In this document: piece after piece, positions 8,121 to 18,923 of the stretch | Layout of the letters: every line of letters starts with the position of its first letter | Position numbering within the stretch: position 1 is the first letter of the stretch | From: Gammaproteobacteria bacterium | GTDB taxonomy: Bacteria; Pseudomonadota; Gammaproteobacteria; Poriferisulfidales; GCA-002705445 | Length of the DNA: 64,000 nt | Direction: 5' to 3' | NCBI GenBank assembly: GCA_018675635.1 | Contig: JABGXU010000007.1 | Span: 129,366 to 193,365 of the forward strand | Program-made: the position numbers and the translations under genes | Notes under the pieces: generated by a model | Databases searched by the model: none | Told to the model about the DNA's origin: nothing | What the model saw: the letters and a program-made list of their open reading frames with translations, nothing else

Positions 8121-9407
8121 ATGAAAATATGTAAAAGTATAAATAGTATTTTGCTAGTAGTAGGCTTACTTGCTAGCTCAGCTGCATTCGCAGGAGACCA
8201 TGTAATTAAAGTTGGTGTACTACATTCACTATCAGGCACGATGGCGATTAGTGAAACAACACTGAAAGACACTATGTTGATGTTGATTGCCGAACAAAAC
8301 AAGAAGGGCGGTGTTTTAGGTAAGCAATTAAAAGCTGTCGTTGTGGACCCAGCGTCTAACTGGCCGTTATTTGCTGAGAAAGCTAGAGGCTTAATTGAGA
8401 AAGATAAAGTTGATGTTATTTTTGGTTCATGGACATCAGTATCTAGAAAATCAGTACTACCTGTAATTGAAGAATTAAACAGTGTGTTTTTCTATCCAGT
8501 GCAGTACGAAGGTGAAGAATCATCGAAGAATGTTTTCTATACAGGAGCAGCGCCAAACCAACAGGCGATTCCAGCTGTTGATTATCTTATGAATGATATT
8601 GGAGTTGAACGTTGGGTATTAGCAGGAACTGATTATGTATATCCGCGTACAACTAATAAGATTCTTAAGGCGTACTTAAAAGCAAAAGGTGTTCCATCAT
8701 CGGAAATTATGATTAACTACACTCCATTCGGACATTCGGATTGGCAAACTATTGTTTCTGATATCAAAAAATTCGGATCAGTAGGTAAGAAAACTGCTGT
8801 AGTTTCAACTATCAACGGTGATGCTAATGTTCCTTTTTACAAAGAGTTAGGAAATCAAGGAATTTCTGCATCTGATATTCCAGTTGTAGCGGTTTCGGTA
8901 GGTGAAGAAGAGATATCTGGTTTAGATACTGGCCCTTTAGTTGGACATTTGGCTGCATGGAACTACTTTATGAGCGCAGACGCAGTTGAAAATGATGAAT
9001 TCATTGCAAAATGGAAAGACTTCATTAAAGATGATAAGCGTGTAACAAATGACCCAATGGAAGCACACTATATTGGTTTCAATATGTGGGTTAAAGCTGT
9101 TGAGAAAGCTGGCACTACTGAGCCTAATGCAGTGCAAGATGCTCTTATTGGTGTAACTACGCCAAACTTAACAGGCGGTGTATCTGCAATGATGCCTAAT
9201 CACCATATCACTAAGCCGGTATTAATTGGTGAAATTCAAGCTGATGGTCAGTTTGAGATTGTTTCATCTACAGATGGTTTAGTTGCTGGAGATGCATGGT
9301 CTGACTTCCTTCCTGGTTCTAAGGATTTAATTGCTGACTGGAGAAAGCCATTAAGTTGTGGTAACTACAATGTTAAAACAGCTAAGTGCTCTGGACAGAA
9401 CTATTAA
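8121..9407 (+). CDS. urtA: Urea ABC transporter substrate-binding protein
   Basis: IKVGVLHSLSGTMAISE, DPASNWPLFAEKA, YPVQYEG, GTDYVYPRTTN; start placed at the second ATG (AGGA SD, then signal peptide); ORF extends to 8088. Confidence 0.96.
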   Translation: MKICKSINSILLVVGLLASSAAFAGDHVIKVGVLHSLSGTMAISETTLKDTMLMLIAEQNKKGGVLGKQLKAVVVDPASNWPLFAEKARGLIEKDKVDVIFGSWTSVSRKSVLPVIEELNSVFFYPVQYEGEESSKNVFYTGAAPNQQAIPAVDYLMNDIGVERWVLAGTDYVYPRTTNKILKAYLKAKGVPSSEIMINYTPFGHSDWQTIVSDIKKFGSVGKKTAVVSTINGDANVPFYKELGNQGISASDIPVVAVSVGEEEISGLDTGPLVGHLAAWNYFMSADAVENDEFIAKWKDFIKDDKRVTNDPMEAHYIGFNMWVKAVEKAGTTEPNAVQDALIGVTTPNLTGGVSAMMPNHHITKPVLIGEIQADGQFEIVSSTDGLVAGDAWSDFLPGSKDLIADWRKPLSCGNYNVKTAKCSGQNY

Positions 9408-9422
9408 AACTAGTGGAAAATT

Positions 9423-9452
9423 AAGGTGTTGCTGGAAGGCGGCACCTTTTTT
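9423..9452 (+). terminator. Intercistronic hairpin/terminator after urtA
   Basis: AAGGTGTTGCT-GGAA-GGCGGCACCTT followed by T-run. Confidence 0.7.
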
Positions 9453-9463
9453 AATATCTAACT

Positions 9464-11077
9464 ATGATAAATAAAACTAAACTTTTTTCGTATGTATTGT
9501 TGTTAACTGTAGGATTTGTATTCTCATCCCAAAGTTTGGCAACCAATGGTGATTTTCAAAATACAATTAATCAATTAACTACAAAGAATTTAAAAACAAA
9601 GCTTCAAGTTGTTGAAGCTATAATTGATAGTGCTAACTCAAAGGTTGAGTTTGTGCTTCAATCTTTATTAGAAGGTAAAGTTTATTATATTAAAAATAAT
9701 AAAAAAGTTGTATTAGCTACTAAAGAAAAAAAAGAATATTTAGTTAAAGAATTACTAAGTGGTAATTCCCTAGGTAAGTTTTCAAAACACCAATTAAAGA
9801 AAGTTGGTATCAATAATAGGATACGCCAAAAAATAAAAGCTGGACTTTCAATGTTGAATTTGAAACATGCAGATGAAACGGTTCGATTACAAGCTGTAAA
9901 AAATACTTATAAAGATATTAACGCAGTAATATTTAAAAAAATAGAAACATTAATTCAAGTTGAAGATAGCGACAAAGTTCGCGATGCTATGTTGGTATTA
10001 ATGAATATATATCTATTAAACGATACAGATTCATCTGTAAGAATTAAGGCCATTAATGATTTAAGCGGAAATTTAGAACCAATTGTTAAAAACAAATTGA
10101 TAAAACTTAAGGATAACGATCAAAATTCAGAAGTAAGGATAGAGGCGGAAAAAGCATTAAAGAATATTAATTCAGAAATTAGTTTTTTTAAAAATTTAGA
10201 AACAGTATTTTTTGGGATTAGTTTTGGTTCTGTGCTAATTTTGGCCGCTATTGGTCTTGCTATTACTTTTGGCGTTATGGGTGTTATTAACATGGCGCAC
10301 GGCGAGTTGATTATGCTGGGCGCTTACACAACCTATGTCGTTCAGTTATTAATGCCGAACAATATTGGGATGTCAATATTTGCTGCTATTCCAGCTGCGT
10401 TTGTAGTATCAGGTTTTGTAGGAATAATTATACAAACTGGGATTATTAGACATTTACATGGTAGGCCTTTAGAGACACTTCTTGCTACATTTGGTGTGAG
10501 TTTAGTATTACGACAGATTGTTCGAACTATATTTTCCCCGTTAAATAGGGCGGTAGAGACCCCAGACTGGATGTCTGGCGCCATAGAGATTAATGGTGTT
10601 TTATCTTTAACTTGGAACCGACTCTACATTATTCTTTTTTGTTTAATTGTATTTGCAGCTCTGATTACAATTTTAAAGAAAACTTCGTTGGGTCTTCAGG
10701 TCAGAGCAGTATCGCAAGATAGAAATATGGCGAGAGCTATGGGTGTTCGTTCTAATTGGGTAGATGCAATGACGTTTGGTCTGGGATCAGGTATTGCTGG
10801 TATTGCCGGAGTAGCTTTATCTCAATTAACTAATGTTGGGCCAAATCTTGGGCAAGCTTATATTATCGACTCGTTTATGGTTGTTGTGTTTGGTGGTGTT
10901 GGAAACCTATGGGGCACATTGATAGGTGGATTTGGTTTAGGGGTTATTAATAAATTTATGGAGCCTTGGGTCGGAGCGGTATTAGCTAAAGTTTTAATTT
11001 TAATTTTTATTATCTTATTTATTCAAAAACGGCCTAGAGGGTTATTTCCTCAAAAAGGCAGATCTGCAGGAGATTAA
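9464..11077 (+). CDS. urtB: Urea ABC transporter permease (long form with periplasmic N-terminal domain)
   Basis: GLAITFGVMGVINMAHGE, RPLETLLATFG, IQKRPRGLF. Confidence 0.95.
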   Translation: MINKTKLFSYVLLLTVGFVFSSQSLATNGDFQNTINQLTTKNLKTKLQVVEAIIDSANSKVEFVLQSLLEGKVYYIKNNKKVVLATKEKKEYLVKELLSGNSLGKFSKHQLKKVGINNRIRQKIKAGLSMLNLKHADETVRLQAVKNTYKDINAVIFKKIETLIQVEDSDKVRDAMLVLMNIYLLNDTDSSVRIKAINDLSGNLEPIVKNKLIKLKDNDQNSEVRIEAEKALKNINSEISFFKNLETVFFGISFGSVLILAAIGLAITFGVMGVINMAHGELIMLGAYTTYVVQLLMPNNIGMSIFAAIPAAFVVSGFVGIIIQTGIIRHLHGRPLETLLATFGVSLVLRQIVRTIFSPLNRAVETPDWMSGAIEINGVLSLTWNRLYIILFCLIVFAALITILKKTSLGLQVRAVSQDRNMARAMGVRSNWVDAMTFGLGSGIAGIAGVALSQLTNVGPNLGQAYIIDSFMVVVFGGVGNLWGTLIGGFGLGVINKFMEPWVGAVLAKVLILIFIILFIQKRPRGLFPQKGRSAGD

Positions 11078-11080
11078 GTT

Positions 11081-12172
11081 ATGTTCTTTTCAAAAATTTT
11101 GAATAATGATACTGGCGGAAGAATATTCTTATCAATATTGCTAGCCGTTACAATTTTGGTTCCATTATTGAATATTGTGGTGTCTCCAGAAAGTCCATGG
11201 CACCTATCAACCTACACTGTCACTATTATAGGTAAGTACTTAACTTATGCGCTTTTAGCAATTGCTGTGGATCTTGTTTGGGGATATTTAGGAATTCTTA
11301 GTTTGGGACACGGCGCATTCTTTGCATTAGGTGGATATACAATGGGTATGTATTTGATGCGACAAATAGGGGACAGAGGTGTCTATGGAAACCCTATCCT
11401 TCCTGATTTTATGGTTTTTTTAGATTGGAGTGAATTACCATGGTTTTGGTATGGGTTCGATCAATTCTGGTTTGCAATGATTATGGTTATTTTTGTTCCA
11501 GGATTGTTGGCATTTGTATTTGGCTGGTTAGCTTTTAGATCACGAGTAACTGGTGTATATCTATCCATTATGACACAGGCGTTAGTTTACGCATTAATGC
11601 TTACATTCTTCAGAAATGAATTAGGCTTCGGTGGTAATAATGGCTTGACAGACTTTAAAGATATTTTAGGTTTTAGTTTGCAACTAGATAGCACTAGAGT
11701 TGGATTATTTATTGCTTCATCAGTTGCATTGGCTGCAGGTTATTTAGCTAGTAGAGCTGTAACCAATTCGAGGCTTGGACGGGTGGCAGTTGCTATTAGA
11801 GATTCTGAAAGCCGAGTTAGATTTATTGGTTATAGAGTTGAGAATGTGCAGTTATTTATATTTATATTCTCAGCAATTATGGCTGGAATTGCAGGGGCTT
11901 TATATGTACCTCAAGTAGGTATTATTAATCCTGGTGAATTTTCACCGATCAATTCGATTGAAATGGTTATATGGGTTGCGATTGGAGGAAGATATACACT
12001 TTATGGTGGTGTTATCGGAGCTTTACTTGTGAATTACTCAAAGACTTTCTTAACAAGTGCAATGCCTGAAGCATGGTTATTTGTCTTAGGAGGTATGTTT
12101 ATTTTAGTAACAATATTCTTACCTAAAGGAATTGTAGGTTTAATTAATAAATACAGAGGTGTAAATGGTTAG
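11081..12172 (+). CDS. urtC: Urea ABC transporter permease
   Basis: DLVWGYLGILSLGHG, GFGGNNGLTDFK, ALYVPQVGIINP. Confidence 0.95.
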   Translation: MFFSKILNNDTGGRIFLSILLAVTILVPLLNIVVSPESPWHLSTYTVTIIGKYLTYALLAIAVDLVWGYLGILSLGHGAFFALGGYTMGMYLMRQIGDRGVYGNPILPDFMVFLDWSELPWFWYGFDQFWFAMIMVIFVPGLLAFVFGWLAFRSRVTGVYLSIMTQALVYALMLTFFRNELGFGGNNGLTDFKDILGFSLQLDSTRVGLFIASSVALAAGYLASRAVTNSRLGRVAVAIRDSESRVRFIGYRVENVQLFIFIFSAIMAGIAGALYVPQVGIINPGEFSPINSIEMVIWVAIGGRYTLYGGVIGALLVNYSKTFLTSAMPEAWLFVLGGMFILVTIFLPKGIVGLINKYRGVNG

Positions 12173-12965
12173 TAAATTTAGTGCTCTTTTTGAGAAGCCC
12201 GTACCAACTAGAAATATTGATGTTCATAAGGATATCATTCTATATTTGGAAGACATTACAGTAAGTTTTGATGGTTTTAAGGCTATTGATTCATTAAATC
12301 TATATATTAAAAAAAATGAATTACGTTGTATTATTGGCCCTAACGGTGCTGGCAAGACTACCATGATGGATGTTATTACTGGCAAGACTAAACCAGACTA
12401 TGGTACCGCTTGGTTTGGTCAGAATTTTAACTTATTACTTCATTCTGAATATGAGATTGCTAGAGCAGGCATTGGTCGAAAGTTCCAGAAACCAACAGTT
12501 TTTGAAAATCTAACAATTTTTGAAAATTTAGAATTAGCCATGGATGGAGACAAAGATGTTTTTCCAACATTGTTTGCAAAAATATCACCAACAGAACTAG
12601 AATCGATTGAGATTGTATTAGAGAAGATAGGTTTAACTTCAAAGAGCAATGTTTTTGCTGGGTTACTTTCACATGGGCAAAAACAATGGCTAGAAATTGG
12701 TATGTTGTTAATGCAAAACGCACAATTATTATTGATTGATGAACCTGCTGCAGGTATGACCCACCAAGAGATGGATAAAACTACCGAATTATTGCAAGTT
12801 TTGAAGCAAGAGCATACAGTTGTTGTGGTTGAGCACGATATGGACTTTGTTCGAGCATTAGAAAGTCCGGTTACTGTTTTACATCAAGGTAGCGTGCTAG
12901 CAGAGGGAAGTATGGATAAAATTCAAAATGATCTAAAAGTCGTCGAAGTATATCTAGGTGAGTAA
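12165..12965 (+). CDS. urtD: Urea ABC transporter ATP-binding protein
   Basis: GPNGAGKTT, GRKFQKP, LSHGQKQWLEIGM. Confidence 0.95.
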   Translation: MVSKFSALFEKPVPTRNIDVHKDIILYLEDITVSFDGFKAIDSLNLYIKKNELRCIIGPNGAGKTTMMDVITGKTKPDYGTAWFGQNFNLLLHSEYEIARAGIGRKFQKPTVFENLTIFENLELAMDGDKDVFPTLFAKISPTELESIEIVLEKIGLTSKSNVFAGLLSHGQKQWLEIGMLLMQNAQLLLIDEPAAGMTHQEMDKTTELLQVLKQEHTVVVVEHDMDFVRALESPVTVLHQGSVLAEGSMDKIQNDLKVVEVYLGE

Positions 12966-12967
12966 AG

Positions 12968-13663
12968 ATGATTAATATCGAAAAATTAAATCAATTTTAT
13001 GGAGAAAGTCATACTTTATGGGATCTTGACCTAAATGTTTCCAAAGGTGATTGTATTGCCATTATGGGTAGAAATGGCGTTGGTAAAACTACTTTAGTTA
13101 AAAGTATTATGGGACTATTACCAATTCAGAGTGGGGAAATAAATTTTCAAGGTGAAGATATTTCAAAACTTCAATCAGAAACCAGAGCTTCAATTGGTAT
13201 CGGGTATGTCCCACAAGGTAGAAGGATTTTTCCTTTGTTAACTGTTGAAGAGAATTTAAAGATAGGATTATCGGCCAGAAAAGATAAGAGTAACAAGGTG
13301 CCTGATTTTATTTTTGAACTATTCCCGGTTTTAAAAGAAATGTTAGGTAGACAAGGTGGAGACCTATCGGGTGGACAGCAACAACAGTTAGCGATTGGCA
13401 GAGCTTTGGTAATTGATCCAAAGTTACTTATTCTCGACGAACCTACAGAGGGTATCCAGCCAAATGTAATCCTCGAGATATGTGATATTATTAGAAAATT
13501 AAATATTGAGCATGATGTGACCGTGATTTTAGTAGAGCAGAAGTTACCAATTGCTAGAAAAGTTGCAAACAAGTTCGTTATTTTTGAAAGAGGATCAAAT
13601 GTACATTCTGGTTTAATGAATGAGCTTAATGACAGCCTGATTAAAAAATACTTAACCGTTTAA
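12968..13663 (+). CDS. urtE: Urea ABC transporter ATP-binding protein
   Basis: GRNGVGKTT, LSGGQQQQLAIGRAL, DEPTEGIQP. Confidence 0.95.
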   Translation: MINIEKLNQFYGESHTLWDLDLNVSKGDCIAIMGRNGVGKTTLVKSIMGLLPIQSGEINFQGEDISKLQSETRASIGIGYVPQGRRIFPLLTVEENLKIGLSARKDKSNKVPDFIFELFPVLKEMLGRQGGDLSGGQQQQLAIGRALVIDPKLLILDEPTEGIQPNVILEICDIIRKLNIEHDVTVILVEQKLPIARKVANKFVIFERGSNVHSGLMNELNDSLIKKYLTV

Positions 13664-13685
13664 CAAAACAGAAGGAGAAGATAAT

Positions 13686-13889
13686 ATGAATAGTGCAAAA
13701 CAAATTTTAGTAGTAATTTTTTCATTCTTAATTGCATTATCAAGTTTTGCGCACACTTCGCCAGAGCATGCAATAGGTTATACCCATGAAAGTATAGTTG
13801 CATGGGAAGTTGTGAGTATCGTGGTTTTTACGTTGGGATTAATTACCACTATATCTTTTCTTTTAAGAAAAATAATTAATACAAAATAA
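13686..13889 (+). CDS. Small exported/membrane peptide with His-rich mature N-terminus
   Basis: AAGGAG SD; signal peptide ending SSFA, then HTSPEHAIGYTH, one TM helix and a basic tail. Confidence 0.7.
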   Translation: MNSAKQILVVIFSFLIALSSFAHTSPEHAIGYTHESIVAWEVVSIVVFTLGLITTISFLLRKIINTK

Positions 13890-13897
13890 TTTGTAGC

Positions 13898-14746
13898 GTG
13901 CTAAATATGGCAGAACAACTAAATATGGTAGAACAATTAGGCTGGGTTGCTGAATTAGAACTACATTTTTCAAGAGGAAAAGTAAATACTTTTCTTTCAA
14001 AAAGGAAGCATCTTGGACCACTAACAGTGCAAAGACCATTTTATCCAGAAGATGGGGTTTGTCATTTGTATTTATTACATCCTCCAGGAGGAATTGTTGG
14101 TGGCGATAATTTATCAGTTAAAGTAAATTCTGATAAGGATTCTAATGCGCTTATTACTACACCTGGTGCAACCAAAATTTACCGAACAACTAAAAACAAA
14201 TCTTCTATTGTAAAACAAGATATTGTTGTAGAAGATGGTGCAACTTTAGAATGGTTGCCAATGGAAACTATCATATTTCCAGGTGCAAATTCAAATATTT
14301 CGACAAAATTTTCTGTATTTGGTAATGCCAAAATCGCAGCTTGGGAAATTCAATGTCTTGGTAGACCAGCTATAGATGAAAAATTTGACTCAGGTAATCT
14401 AAAATTTAATTTTGAATTATGGAAAGATGAAAAGCCTATTATTATTGATAGATTAAAAGTTAATCAGTCAGATTTAGACAATATTACTGGGCTCAGAGGT
14501 TTTCCAGTTTTTGGAACTTTTATAATAAGCGTAAATAATAATGATGTTATTGATATCGTGCGTGAGTTAATTCCTAAAAGTAATTTATATGTTGCTGGAG
14601 TTACACAAATAGATTATCTTATTATTGTTAGATGCTTGAGCTCTAAGACGAATTTAATACAAGAACTATTTAGAAATATTTGGATAAAGGTTAGGCATTT
14701 AACCATTGGTAAAGAAGGGGTTATGCCAAGAATTTGGTCAACATAA
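13898..14746 (+). CDS. ureD: Urease accessory protein UreD
   Basis: GPLTVQRPFYPE, LLHPPGGIVGGD, TTPGATKIY, PRIWST; exact start uncertain (18-bp tandem duplication at 5' end). Confidence 0.95.
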   Translation: MLNMAEQLNMVEQLGWVAELELHFSRGKVNTFLSKRKHLGPLTVQRPFYPEDGVCHLYLLHPPGGIVGGDNLSVKVNSDKDSNALITTPGATKIYRTTKNKSSIVKQDIVVEDGATLEWLPMETIIFPGANSNISTKFSVFGNAKIAAWEIQCLGRPAIDEKFDSGNLKFNFELWKDEKPIIIDRLKVNQSDLDNITGLRGFPVFGTFIISVNNNDVIDIVRELIPKSNLYVAGVTQIDYLIIVRCLSSKTNLIQELFRNIWIKVRHLTIGKEGVMPRIWST

Positions 14747-14763
14747 CATAAATAGGATTTAAA

Positions 14764-15414
14764 ATGGATCTAACACCACGCGAAAAAGATAAATTAATGC
14801 TTTTTACTGCCTCATTAGTGGCAAAGCAACGCAAAGAAAGGGGTGTTAAATTGAATTATCCTGAAGCCGTTGCTTATATCTCTGCTGAGATTTTGGAAGG
14901 AGCTAGAGATGGTAAAAATGTTGCTGAGATGATGGAATATGGTCGTCAACTTTTAACGGTAGATGATGTCATGGATGGAGTTTCAGAAATGATTACAGAC
15001 ATACAAGTTGAAGCCACCTTTCTAGACGGAACCAAACTGGTAACTGTGCATAATCCAATTCAACAGGTTGAATCATCTATTGATGGAGCAAGTGAGGGGG
15101 ATGTGCTAATTCCAGGAGAAATTTTAATTGACTTATCAAAAGAGATTGAAATAAATATTAATAGGGAAAGGGTAAAGATTGTGGTGTCTAATCATGGAGA
15201 TAGACCTATTCAAGTGGGTTCTCATTATCACTTCTTTGAAACAAATAGTGCGCTTTCTTTTGAAAGAAAAAAGACAAAAGGATTTAGGTTAAATATTCCT
15301 TCAGGCACAGCTGTAAGGTTTGAACCTGGGCAAGAAAGAGAGGTTGAATTAGTGAAATTTGATGGAAAAAATGAAATTTATGGCTTTAATGCAAAAGTTA
15401 TGGGACCAGTATGA
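14764..15414 (+). CDS. ureAB: Urease gamma/beta fusion subunit
   Basis: Gamma domain (LTPREKDKL ... [17 protein letters not shown]) joined in frame to beta domain (IPGE ... [15 protein letters not shown] ... GTAVRFEPG). Confidence 0.96.
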   Translation: MDLTPREKDKLMLFTASLVAKQRKERGVKLNYPEAVAYISAEILEGARDGKNVAEMMEYGRQLLTVDDVMDGVSEMITDIQVEATFLDGTKLVTVHNPIQQVESSIDGASEGDVLIPGEILIDLSKEIEININRERVKIVVSNHGDRPIQVGSHYHFFETNSALSFERKKTKGFRLNIPSGTAVRFEPGQEREVELVKFDGKNEIYGFNAKVMGPV

Positions 15415-17114
15415 GATCTATTTCTAAAAAAGCTTATGCGGAAATGTACGGGCCAACAGTGGGCGACAAAGTAAGACTGGGCGACACAGAGTTATTTATT
15501 AAAGTTGAAGAAGACTTCACTACTTATGGTGAAGAAGTTAAATTCGGTGGAGGCAAGGTTATACGTGATGGCATGGGTCAAGGCCAACTTTGCAGTAAAG
15601 ATGTAGCTGATTTGGTTATTACTAATGCATTAATACTTGATCACTGGGGTATTGTTAAGGCTGATATTGGCATTAAAGACGGTCGTATTTCTGGTATTGG
15701 AAAAGCTGGAAATCCAGATGTTCAACCTAATGTTGATATTGCTATTGGTGCGGGCACTGATGTTGTAGCTTCTGAGGGCCAAATTGTTACTGCCGGCGGT
15801 ATAGATGCACATATTCATTTTATTTGTCCACAGCAAGTAGACGATGCACTCATGTCAGGTATCACCACTATGCTAGGTGGAGGAACCGGACCTTCGGCAG
15901 GGACTAATGCAACTACTTGCACACCAGGACCTTGGAATATTCATAGAATGTTAGAAGCCGCTGAAGATTTTCCAATGAATCTGGGATTTATGGGTAAGGG
16001 CAATGCATCTCTACCTGAGCCATTAATAGAACAGGTATCTGCTGGAGCTATGGGTTTAAAATTACATGAAGATTGGGGTACGACGCCAGCAGCAATTGAT
16101 TGTTGTCTCTCAGTTGCAGAGGATCACGATGTACAAGTTGCAATACATACAGATACTTTAAATGAGTCAGGTTTTGTAGAAGATACAATAGCCGCATTAA
16201 AAGGCAGAGCAATACATACTTATCATACTGAAGGCGCTGGGGGCGGACATGCGCCTGATATTATCAAGGCTTGTGGTTATAATAATGTTCTTCCATCTTC
16301 AACCAATCCAACACGGCCATATACTGTAAATACCATAGATGAACATCTAGATATGTTAATGGTGTGTCATCATTTAGACCCTTCAATAGCAGAGGATGTC
16401 GCATTTGCGGAATCACGTATCCGAAGAGAAACAATTGCGGCGGAAGATATTTTGCATGATTTGGGTGCATTTTCTATGATTGCTTCTGACTCGCAAGCTA
16501 TGGGACGAGTAGGCGAAGTTATTACAAGAACCTGGCAAACTGCTAACAAAATGAAAATTCAAAGAGGTGCATTAGAGGGCGATGCTTTAGATAATGATAA
16601 TAATAGAGTGAAAAGGTATATAGCTAAATATACAATTAATCCTGCTATTACCCATGGTATCTCACATGAGGTTGGATCAGTTGAAGTAGGAAAATTGGCA
16701 GATTTAGTATTATGGAAACCCAAGTTTTTTGGGGCAAAACCAGGCTTAATTATTAAAGGTGGTATGATTGCAGCAGCTCCTATGGGTGACCCAAATGCTT
16801 CAATTCCAACACCACAACCTGTTCATTATAGAAAAATGTTTGGAGCTTTTGGCGCTGCAAGATTTAAAACAAGAATGACATTTATATCTCAAACTAGTTT
16901 TGATAATAATATTGTTGATAAGCTTAAACTAAAATCTATGATTGGACTTGTGAAGTCGTGTAGATCAGTAACAAAATCATCAATGATTCATAATGATTAT
17001 CAACCAAACATTGAGGTCGATTCGCAAACTTATGAAGTGAAAGCTGATGGCACATTACTAACATGTGAACCTGCCAGTGAAGTTGCCTTAGCACAAAGAT
17101 ATTTCTTATTCTAA
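15411..17114 (+). CDS. ureC: Urease subunit alpha
   Basis: [44 protein letters not shown]. Confidence 0.99.
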   Translation: MRSISKKAYAEMYGPTVGDKVRLGDTELFIKVEEDFTTYGEEVKFGGGKVIRDGMGQGQLCSKDVADLVITNALILDHWGIVKADIGIKDGRISGIGKAGNPDVQPNVDIAIGAGTDVVASEGQIVTAGGIDAHIHFICPQQVDDALMSGITTMLGGGTGPSAGTNATTCTPGPWNIHRMLEAAEDFPMNLGFMGKGNASLPEPLIEQVSAGAMGLKLHEDWGTTPAAIDCCLSVAEDHDVQVAIHTDTLNESGFVEDTIAALKGRAIHTYHTEGAGGGHAPDIIKACGYNNVLPSSTNPTRPYTVNTIDEHLDMLMVCHHLDPSIAEDVAFAESRIRRETIAAEDILHDLGAFSMIASDSQAMGRVGEVITRTWQTANKMKIQRGALEGDALDNDNNRVKRYIAKYTINPAITHGISHEVGSVEVGKLADLVLWKPKFFGAKPGLIIKGGMIAAAPMGDPNASIPTPQPVHYRKMFGAFGAARFKTRMTFISQTSFDNNIVDKLKLKSMIGLVKSCRSVTKSSMIHNDYQPNIEVDSQTYEVKADGTLLTCEPASEVALAQRYFLF

Positions 17115-17116
17115 TT

Positions 17117-17572
17117 ATGAGAGAATTTTTAGAAAAAGTTAAATCTTCTAAAAAAATTGACGGTTCAATTACCCTAGATTTACAACAAAGAGTAAAAAGC
17201 AGAATAAAAGCTTCTTCTGATAACGGGGAAGATGTTGGAATTTTTATGGAACGTGGAACTATTCTTAAACACGGTGATTTAATTAGAGATCAAGATGGTT
17301 ATATTCTTAAAGTAGTCGCAGCTCCAGAGACTCTATCCTCAATTTATTCTAACGATTTATTATTATTATTACGTGCTTGTTATCATCTTGGAAATCGTCA
17401 CGTAGAGTTGCAGATTAAAAACGAAAGTGTTCATTATCGTCATGACCATGTTCTAGATGATATGGTTAAAAGCTTAGGGCTAGATGTGGTGATTGAATCA
17501 TTGCCTTTTCAACCAGAAAATGGGGCCTATCAGTCTCATTCCGGAGGACATTCACATAATCATGAGCATTAG
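17117..17572 (+). CDS. ureE: Urease accessory protein UreE
   Basis: YHLGNRH, DHVLDDM, FQPENGAY, His-rich tail. Confidence 0.96.
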   Translation: MREFLEKVKSSKKIDGSITLDLQQRVKSRIKASSDNGEDVGIFMERGTILKHGDLIRDQDGYILKVVAAPETLSSIYSNDLLLLLRACYHLGNRHVELQIKNESVHYRHDHVLDDMVKSLGLDVVIESLPFQPENGAYQSHSGGHSHNHEH

Positions 17573-18239
17573 TCAATTAAGCCTATTAAGGTTGATGAAT
17601 CTAATGAGTCCAACATTGCCAATTGGTGGATTTACCTATTCTCAAGGAATTGAACAGGCTATTGAGAACAATTGGATATCAGATATTGATACCGCACAAC
17701 AGTGGCTTGAAAATCAATTATTCTTTGGATTGGTATATACTGATCTTCCCATTTTAATTAGATTGTATGAATCAGTCTCTATAGGAGATAAGGATCAGGC
17801 GCAAGAATGGAGTAATTTTTTATTGGCTTGTAGAGAGACTAGAGAATTGAGGCAAGAAGAAATTAATCGCGGAAGGGCATTAACAAAAGTTATTGAAAGC
17901 CTTGAAAGTTCAGCAGTTAGTGGATGGGGAAAAATCACAAATACTAATCATTTATCTGGATATGCATTAATTAGCAATGTATGGCAAATACCGATTGATG
18001 AATTATTATTGGGGTATTCTTGGTCGTGGCTTGAAAATCAGGTCTCAGCAATAGTGAAAATAATCCCACTAGGGCAGACGGAAGGGCAACAACTACTTAA
18101 TCAGTTACTAAAAGAAATACCTGAGGTTATAAGTAAATCTAAAGCAGTTTCTGTTGAAGATATTGGGATGACCCAACCTGCATTTGCCATTGCAAGTAGC
18201 TTACATGAGACTCAATACACACGAATTTTTAGATCATAA
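17562..18239 (+). CDS. ureF: Urease accessory protein UreF
   Basis: SPTLPIGGFTYSQG, PLGQTEGQ, HETQYTRIFRS; start moved to ATG 17562 (GGAGG upstream). Confidence 0.96.
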   Translation: MSISQLSLLRLMNLMSPTLPIGGFTYSQGIEQAIENNWISDIDTAQQWLENQLFFGLVYTDLPILIRLYESVSIGDKDQAQEWSNFLLACRETRELRQEEINRGRALTKVIESLESSAVSGWGKITNTNHLSGYALISNVWQIPIDELLLGYSWSWLENQVSAIVKIIPLGQTEGQQLLNQLLKEIPEVISKSKAVSVEDIGMTQPAFAIASSLHETQYTRIFRS

Positions 18240-18251
18240 ATAGAGGGAAAT

Positions 18252-18860
18252 ATGAAAAACAAACAACCATTAAGAGTAGGTGTTGGAGGACCAGTCGGAT
18301 CTGGAAAGACCGCATTACTAGATGTACTTTGTAAATCCATGCGTGATAACTATGAAATTGCAGTTGTAACGAATGATATTTATACAAAAGAGGATGCAAA
18401 GTTCCTTACAGAAAGTAATGCACTAGAAGCGCAACGAATTGTTGGTGTAGAAACAGGCGGTTGCCCTCATACGGCAATTCGAGAAGATGCATCAATGAAT
18501 TTATCAGCAATTGAGGATTTAAATAATAAATTCGAAGATTTAGACATAATTTTTGTAGAAAGTGGCGGCGATAACCTTTCTGCTACATTCAGTCCAGAGC
18601 TAGCTGATATTGCCATTTATGTTATTGATGTGGCAGAGGGTGAAAAAATTCCTAGAAAAGGCGGACCTGGAATCACACGTTCAGATTTGTTAGTAATTAA
18701 TAAAATCGATCTGGCACCTTATGTAGGTGCTTCATTAGATATTATGAAAAGTGATACTGAGAGAATGAGAGGAGATAAGCCTTTTGTATTTTCAAACCTA
18801 AAAAAATCTATTGGGGTAGAAGAAATAAAAAACTTTATTGTTTCAGAAGGTATGCTTTAA
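18252..18860 (+). CDS. ureG: Urease accessory GTPase UreG
   Basis: [32 protein letters not shown]. Confidence 0.98.
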   Translation: MKNKQPLRVGVGGPVGSGKTALLDVLCKSMRDNYEIAVVTNDIYTKEDAKFLTESNALEAQRIVGVETGGCPHTAIREDASMNLSAIEDLNNKFEDLDIIFVESGGDNLSATFSPELADIAIYVIDVAEGEKIPRKGGPGITRSDLLVINKIDLAPYVGASLDIMKSDTERMRGDKPFVFSNLKKSIGVEEIKNFIVSEGML

Positions 18861-18923
18861 TTTATAGAATTATTTCAAGTAATTAGTTGCATCTACATAA
18901 GGTTGAATTTAGAAAAAATTAAA

